Positions 59,983 through 64,000 of a stretch of 64,000 nucleotides of DNA are shown one piece after another. This DNA is from a virus. Both the position numbers and the translations under genes were made by a program. Under the pieces are notes generated by a model that worked only from the letters and a program-made list of their open reading frames with translations, was not told the origin of the DNA and made no database searches. Numbering within the stretch: the stretch's first letter is position 1; each line of letters begins with the position of its first letter. Where the stretch lies: the IMG/VR virus record IMGVR_UViG_3300018022_000003, positions 32,001-96,000 of that record; one strand, given 5' to 3'.

Positions 59983-60966
59983 ATGGCCTTTGCAAGCCTC
60001 CCATCCAGCCTGGACACTAGGCTCTGGGTACAGGTTCCCGTAATCGTCCTCCACCCTCCGTACACGAAGGTGGCGATAAGCCTCCCGGAGCTGGTGAGGC
60101 AGACGAACGCCTTCAGCGTGAAGCGGAGGGCAGGGTGCCAGCCTACCCTGAAGCGGAGCCGTCCCAAGGAGCTTTACCTGGAGTACAACGTGGTGTGCCA
60201 CGAGAGCTACTCCGACCCCCGTGGCCATGACGTGCAGGTCCAGTTCGACCTCTCCCAGGTGGAGGAGACCCAGGACGCCAAGAGGCTGGACGTAAGGGTA
60301 AGCTGCTCCTGCCCGGCGTTCCTCTACTGGGGGGCGCAGTGGAACCTCCATCAGCGGGACGGGCTGCACGGGCAGGCCCGCCCCCTCCTCCAGGCACCGA
60401 CTCAGAGGCTCGACCTGCGGGGGAACTTCGTCATCTGCAAGCACGTCAAGGCCGTGTTCGAGCGCATACTGCCGGCCATCCAGCACAACATCACCAAGGT
60501 CGTGCGTGAGCGGGAGGTGAAGCGCACCAAGGAGCGCATGCTGAAGGAGGAGCGCCCGACCGAGAAGGAGAAGCGCCTGCACCGGGAGCAGATGGAGATG
60601 AGGATGAAGAAGGACATCGACCGCATCCTCAGGACCAGGGACCCGGACGAGAGGGAGAGGCTGATAAAGGAGCTGGTGGAGAAGGAGAAGAAGCGCCTCT
60701 ACAAGCAGGTGGAGACGGAGCGGGGGGAGAGGCCCAGGAGGAAGCCCCCTGCCGTGCCCCGGCCATCCCCCCCGGCGGCCCCAGGCCCTCCCCCCGAGGA
60801 GAAGAAGAAGGTCGTCAAGAGGGACGAGCCTGCCACTGCCCCCCCCAAGCCCCCCGTGCCTCCCAGGCCCCCCAGGGAGGAGCCTGGCCTGGAGGACCTG
60901 GTCAAGGAGGAGGAGAGGAAGCTGCGGGCCAGGAAGCCCCCCGAGAAGGGAGGGGTGCGCAAGTGA
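59983..60966 (+). CDS. SWIM-type zinc finger protein
   Basis: CSCPAFLYW...ICKH, followed by a coiled-coil and Pro-rich tail. Confidence 0.7.
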   Translation: MAFASLPSSLDTRLWVQVPVIVLHPPYTKVAISLPELVRQTNAFSVKRRAGCQPTLKRSRPKELYLEYNVVCHESYSDPRGHDVQVQFDLSQVEETQDAKRLDVRVSCSCPAFLYWGAQWNLHQRDGLHGQARPLLQAPTQRLDLRGNFVICKHVKAVFERILPAIQHNITKVVREREVKRTKERMLKEERPTEKEKRLHREQMEMRMKKDIDRILRTRDPDERERLIKELVEKEKKRLYKQVETERGERPRRKPPAVPRPSPPAAPGPPPEEKKKVVKRDEPATAPPKPPVPPRPPREEPGLEDLVKEEERKLRARKPPEKGGVRK

Positions 60967-63098
60967 TTACAGCGATAGTGAACGCCCCGTACTCCAACCG
61001 TATCCAGCTCGCCCTGGAGGGATGGGTAGGGCCCTTCGTGCGCCCGCTCAGCCCCCCTGTCCCCTTCGACCCCACGGACCCCAAGGTCCTGGAGGTGTAC
61101 ATAGACGGCAGGCCCGCCAGGGTCAGCACCTTCTCCTTCGACAGCATCAACAACCGCTACCTGCTCTTCATGGAGGACGCCTTCGACCCCTCCACGGCGG
61201 TGGTCCAGACCATACACCACATGCCCAAGCCCCCGTACCAGTACGGGGTGCCCGTGCCGGCCAACCCCATCCCAGCCATCACCAGCCTCGACCCCCCGTC
61301 GGCCCCCTCCGGCCACAGCGCCCAAGTGCTGACCATAGACGGCGCAGACTTTATGCCTACCTCCACTGCCACCTACAACGGCGTCCCCCACACCTTTACC
61401 TACGCCTCCGCTGGCCAGGGGGCCATACCCCTTACCTCGGGCGACCAGGCGGCGGCGGGCAGCTACCCCGTGGTGGTCACCAACCCCCCTCCCGGAGGGG
61501 GGGCGTCCAACGCCGTGGACTTCAGCGTCGTCTCGTCCCTGCTGCCCGCCCTCTACATAGGCGACGCCGACAACGGGGCAGTCCGCCTCGTTGACCAGGC
61601 CGGGGACATCCACACCCCCGTGTTCGCCAGCGCCGACCCGCTGCTCTCCTATACCCAGGGCATATGGGCACCGCTCAACTTCGCAGCCGGGGCAGGCGGA
61701 AGCCTCTATATCCTTGACGCCAACACAGTAGGCATATGGCAGGTAAGCACGTCCTATGTAATGACCAGGGTGGCCGGCACCGCTACCGGGACGACCGGCA
61801 CCCCCATCCCCGGCCCTGCCACGAGCAGCCCGCTCCCCACCGAGCCTTGGCTGGCCGCCGACCCCTCGGGCAACCTGTTCGTCGGGGACTTCCAGCACCA
61901 CAAGGTCTATGCCGTCAACATGCAGGCCTCCCCCCAGACCATCCTCGGGGTGAGCATCGCCGCAGGCGACATCGCCCTGGTGGCAGGCACGGGCACGGCA
62001 GGGTTCAGCGGCGACGGCGGGCCGGCGCTCAGCGCCACCTTCCGCTACCCGCAGGGCCTTGCCTGCGACTCCTCCGGCAGCCTGTACGTGTGCGACGAGC
62101 AGAACTACTGCGTGAGGAAGATTGACACCTCGGGCAACATCAGCACAGTGGCGGGGCAGGGGCATGTCTACGGGCAGGCAGGGGACGGCGGCCTGGCTAC
62201 CCTGGCCACCATGACGGAGCTTTACGGCCTGGGGATAGACCCCAGCGGCAACCTCTACATAGCGGACATGGACTCCCCCAAGATACGGGCCGTCAACATG
62301 ACGGGCGGGCCTGCCGTCATCTGCGGCATAGCCATAGCGGCCGGGCACATCGACACCGTGGCAGGCACGGGGACGGCGGGGGATACCGGCGACGAGGGCC
62401 CCGCCATCTCGGCGGAGATAGGCGCAAACATACTACAGCTCTGCACCGACGCTTCCGGCAGCCTCTACCTCACGGACTTCTACAACAACCGTGCCAGGAG
62501 GGTGGACTCGGGCGGCACGATACATGCCTTCGCAGGCACGGGGACGGCGGGGTACAGCGGGGACGGGGGCGCAGCCACGGCCGCCGACCTGGGGGAGGCA
62601 GAGGGCATAATATACCTCCCTGCCCCCGTGCAGAGCACCCCGACCTTCACGGTCGGCCTGGTGCCCAGCACCCCCCTGCCCCACACCCTGTCCTATGCCA
62701 CCGAGAACAGCCTGACGGCGTCCCTGGCGTCCCTGGGCGGGAACTCCGTGCCAGCCGCCAAGACCAACGTAGGCTACCTGGAGGAGAGGGGCGGGGACGC
62801 CGACATCCTGAGCCTGGACATGGCCTCCTTCCCGCAGCTATTCTACCTGGACTGCCACGGGTACTCGGGCATGGCGTCCCTCGCCCTGGCGGGAACCTAC
62901 GTGACATACCTCAACGCCAACTCCTGTGCCCTAGGCCAGGCGTCCGTGGACGCCGTGCTGGTGGCCCTGGACGGGAACGGCCTGCTCAACGGGACCGTCA
63001 ACCTCGGCGGGGCAGGGAACTCCGCCCCCTCCGCCACGGGGCTTGCCGCTGCCAGCAGCCTGCAAACCAGCAAGGGATGGAGCGTGACCCACAACTAG
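60963..63098 (+). CDS. Virion surface protein with an IPT/TIG domain and NHL-repeat beta-propeller
   Basis: NP.PAITSLDP...LTIDG.DF (TIG); repeated AGTGTAGFSGDGGPA, P.GLA.D.SG.LY..D (NHL). Confidence 0.82.
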   Translation: MITAIVNAPYSNRIQLALEGWVGPFVRPLSPPVPFDPTDPKVLEVYIDGRPARVSTFSFDSINNRYLLFMEDAFDPSTAVVQTIHHMPKPPYQYGVPVPANPIPAITSLDPPSAPSGHSAQVLTIDGADFMPTSTATYNGVPHTFTYASAGQGAIPLTSGDQAAAGSYPVVVTNPPPGGGASNAVDFSVVSSLLPALYIGDADNGAVRLVDQAGDIHTPVFASADPLLSYTQGIWAPLNFAAGAGGSLYILDANTVGIWQVSTSYVMTRVAGTATGTTGTPIPGPATSSPLPTEPWLAADPSGNLFVGDFQHHKVYAVNMQASPQTILGVSIAAGDIALVAGTGTAGFSGDGGPALSATFRYPQGLACDSSGSLYVCDEQNYCVRKIDTSGNISTVAGQGHVYGQAGDGGLATLATMTELYGLGIDPSGNLYIADMDSPKIRAVNMTGGPAVICGIAIAAGHIDTVAGTGTAGDTGDEGPAISAEIGANILQLCTDASGSLYLTDFYNNRARRVDSGGTIHAFAGTGTAGYSGDGGAATAADLGEAEGIIYLPAPVQSTPTFTVGLVPSTPLPHTLSYATENSLTASLASLGGNSVPAAKTNVGYLEERGGDADILSLDMASFPQLFYLDCHGYSGMASLALAGTYVTYLNANSCALGQASVDAVLVALDGNGLLNGTVNLGGAGNSAPSATGLAAASSLQTSKGWSVTHN

Positions 63099-63099
63099 C

Positions 63100-64000
63100 A
63101 TGAGCCTACTGCGCCCCAGCATCGTCTACCTGTCGAGCAGCGAGAACCCCTCCCTGACCGGCGACAACGTGACCTTCACGGCCGACGTGTACCCCAGCGT
63201 CACGGTGGTGCAGAGCACCAGCGGCACCAACGGGCTGTACTCCCCCTCCGTGACCCTCACCCTCGGGAGCTTCCCCACCCTGGGCAACACCCTCCTGGTG
63301 TTCGGCGGCATCCCCATCTCGGCGGCCGGCGCTGCCTCCGCCCTAGGGTTCACGGCGGCGGCGACGTACTACGGCTCCGGAGGCTCGTCCTTCGTCCTTA
63401 CGAGGACCGTCCTGCCGGGGGACGGCAAGAGCTGGACGGTGTCCGGCCTCCCCTTCAACAACGTGGCCAACCAGGGTAGGGTATTCCTGCTGGAGATACA
63501 GGGCACCCCCAGCATCCTCGCCGACGCAGGGGTGACGGCAGGCAGCCAGTACTACTACACCGCCCCGCTGTCCACCTCGGCCGTCTTCGGCGGGCCGGGG
63601 CTTGCCATAGCAGGGTTCTGGCACTACTTCCTCGGCAACGTGGAGAACATCCTCCCCACGGCCTACTCCTACCCCTCCTGGCTAGGGGGTACAGGGGCCG
63701 GGTATGATATCGTGGCCTGCAACGGGGACGTCCCCGCCAGCACCGCCGTGACGGCCACGCTCCTCTCCACGGTGGACAGCGGCATCATAGGGCAGGCGGT
63801 GTACGTGGACATCATGCTGCCCATCCCTACCGTCCCTACCGGGCACGTGGACTTCTACGACAGCTCCAGCCCCCCTGGGTACATGGGCACCGGCACGCTG
63901 TCCGGCAGGCAGACCTCCATATCCTCCTCCTCCCTGCCGGTAGGCAGCCAGACTATCACCGCTGCCTACAGCGGCGACTCCGGCTTCCTGCCCGGCAGCG
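63100..64000 (+). CDS. Ig-like (Big_3-type) domain protein, 3'-truncated by the window edge
   Basis: SSSENPS..GDNVTFTADV and PTGHVDFYD...GTGTL...LPVGSQTITAAYSGDSGF; the frame is open to the end. Confidence 0.8.
   Translation, partial: MSLLRPSIVYLSSSENPSLTGDNVTFTADVYPSVTVVQSTSGTNGLYSPSVTLTLGSFPTLGNTLLVFGGIPISAAGAASALGFTAAATYYGSGGSSFVLTRTVLPGDGKSWTVSGLPFNNVANQGRVFLLEIQGTPSILADAGVTAGSQYYYTAPLSTSAVFGGPGLAIAGFWHYFLGNVENILPTAYSYPSWLGGTGAGYDIVACNGDVPASTAVTATLLSTVDSGIIGQAVYVDIMLPIPTVPTGHVDFYDSSSPPGYMGTGTLSGRQTSISSSSLPVGSQTITAAYSGDSGFLPGS

Noticed and set aside
1-64000. CRISPR array, retron or DGR reverse transcriptase, tmRNA, rRNA
   Set aside because: No regularly spaced direct repeats, no YxDD-type RT ORF and no recognisable tmRNA or rRNA were found by eye.
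1-64000. Stop-codon reassignment
   Set aside because: Conserved genes (helicase, NAMPT, sheath, MCP) are full length in the standard code, and TAG, TGA and TAA all end genes. No suppressor tRNA is seen.

Overview
The window is a GC-rich segment of a large (probably jumbo) tailed phage with a contractile tail, read in the standard code. The virion module covers roughly 33-64 kb: neck and tail-associated proteins, a 1182-aa tail sheath, tail tube, prohead protease, scaffold, decoration protein, major capsid protein, and NHL and Ig-like proteins. A few more virion-type genes lie at 0-5 kb. The accessory region (about 2-33 kb) holds a Dam-like methylase, a C5 methylase, a cluster of 7 tRNA or tRNA-like genes with an HNH gene, a 740-aa protein with a C-terminal TerD domain, a GT11-methyltransferase fusion, a UvrD helicase, an NMNAT-Nudix plus NAMPT NAD salvage pair, and a tyrosine integrase followed by a 5' tRNA-Arg half (probable attP). 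Ku plus an ATP-dependent ligase sit at 37.6-39.4 kb. The strongest candidate for an undescribed system is a structured RNA motif with a conserved single-stranded UUCCUUCUAY...AAACC loop and compensatory stem changes. It occurs three times, flanking the 740-aa TerD-domain gene, among other structured RNAs and non-canonical tRNAs. Other notable items are a C5 methylase whose motif IX is encoded in a nested alternative frame, a bipartite promoter-like motif (AGAATCC-N22-TGTATA[C/A]T) in five exact-spacing copies, and recurring KxA and SPP motifs in virion proteins. All calls come from reading motifs by eye; no database search or folding program was run.
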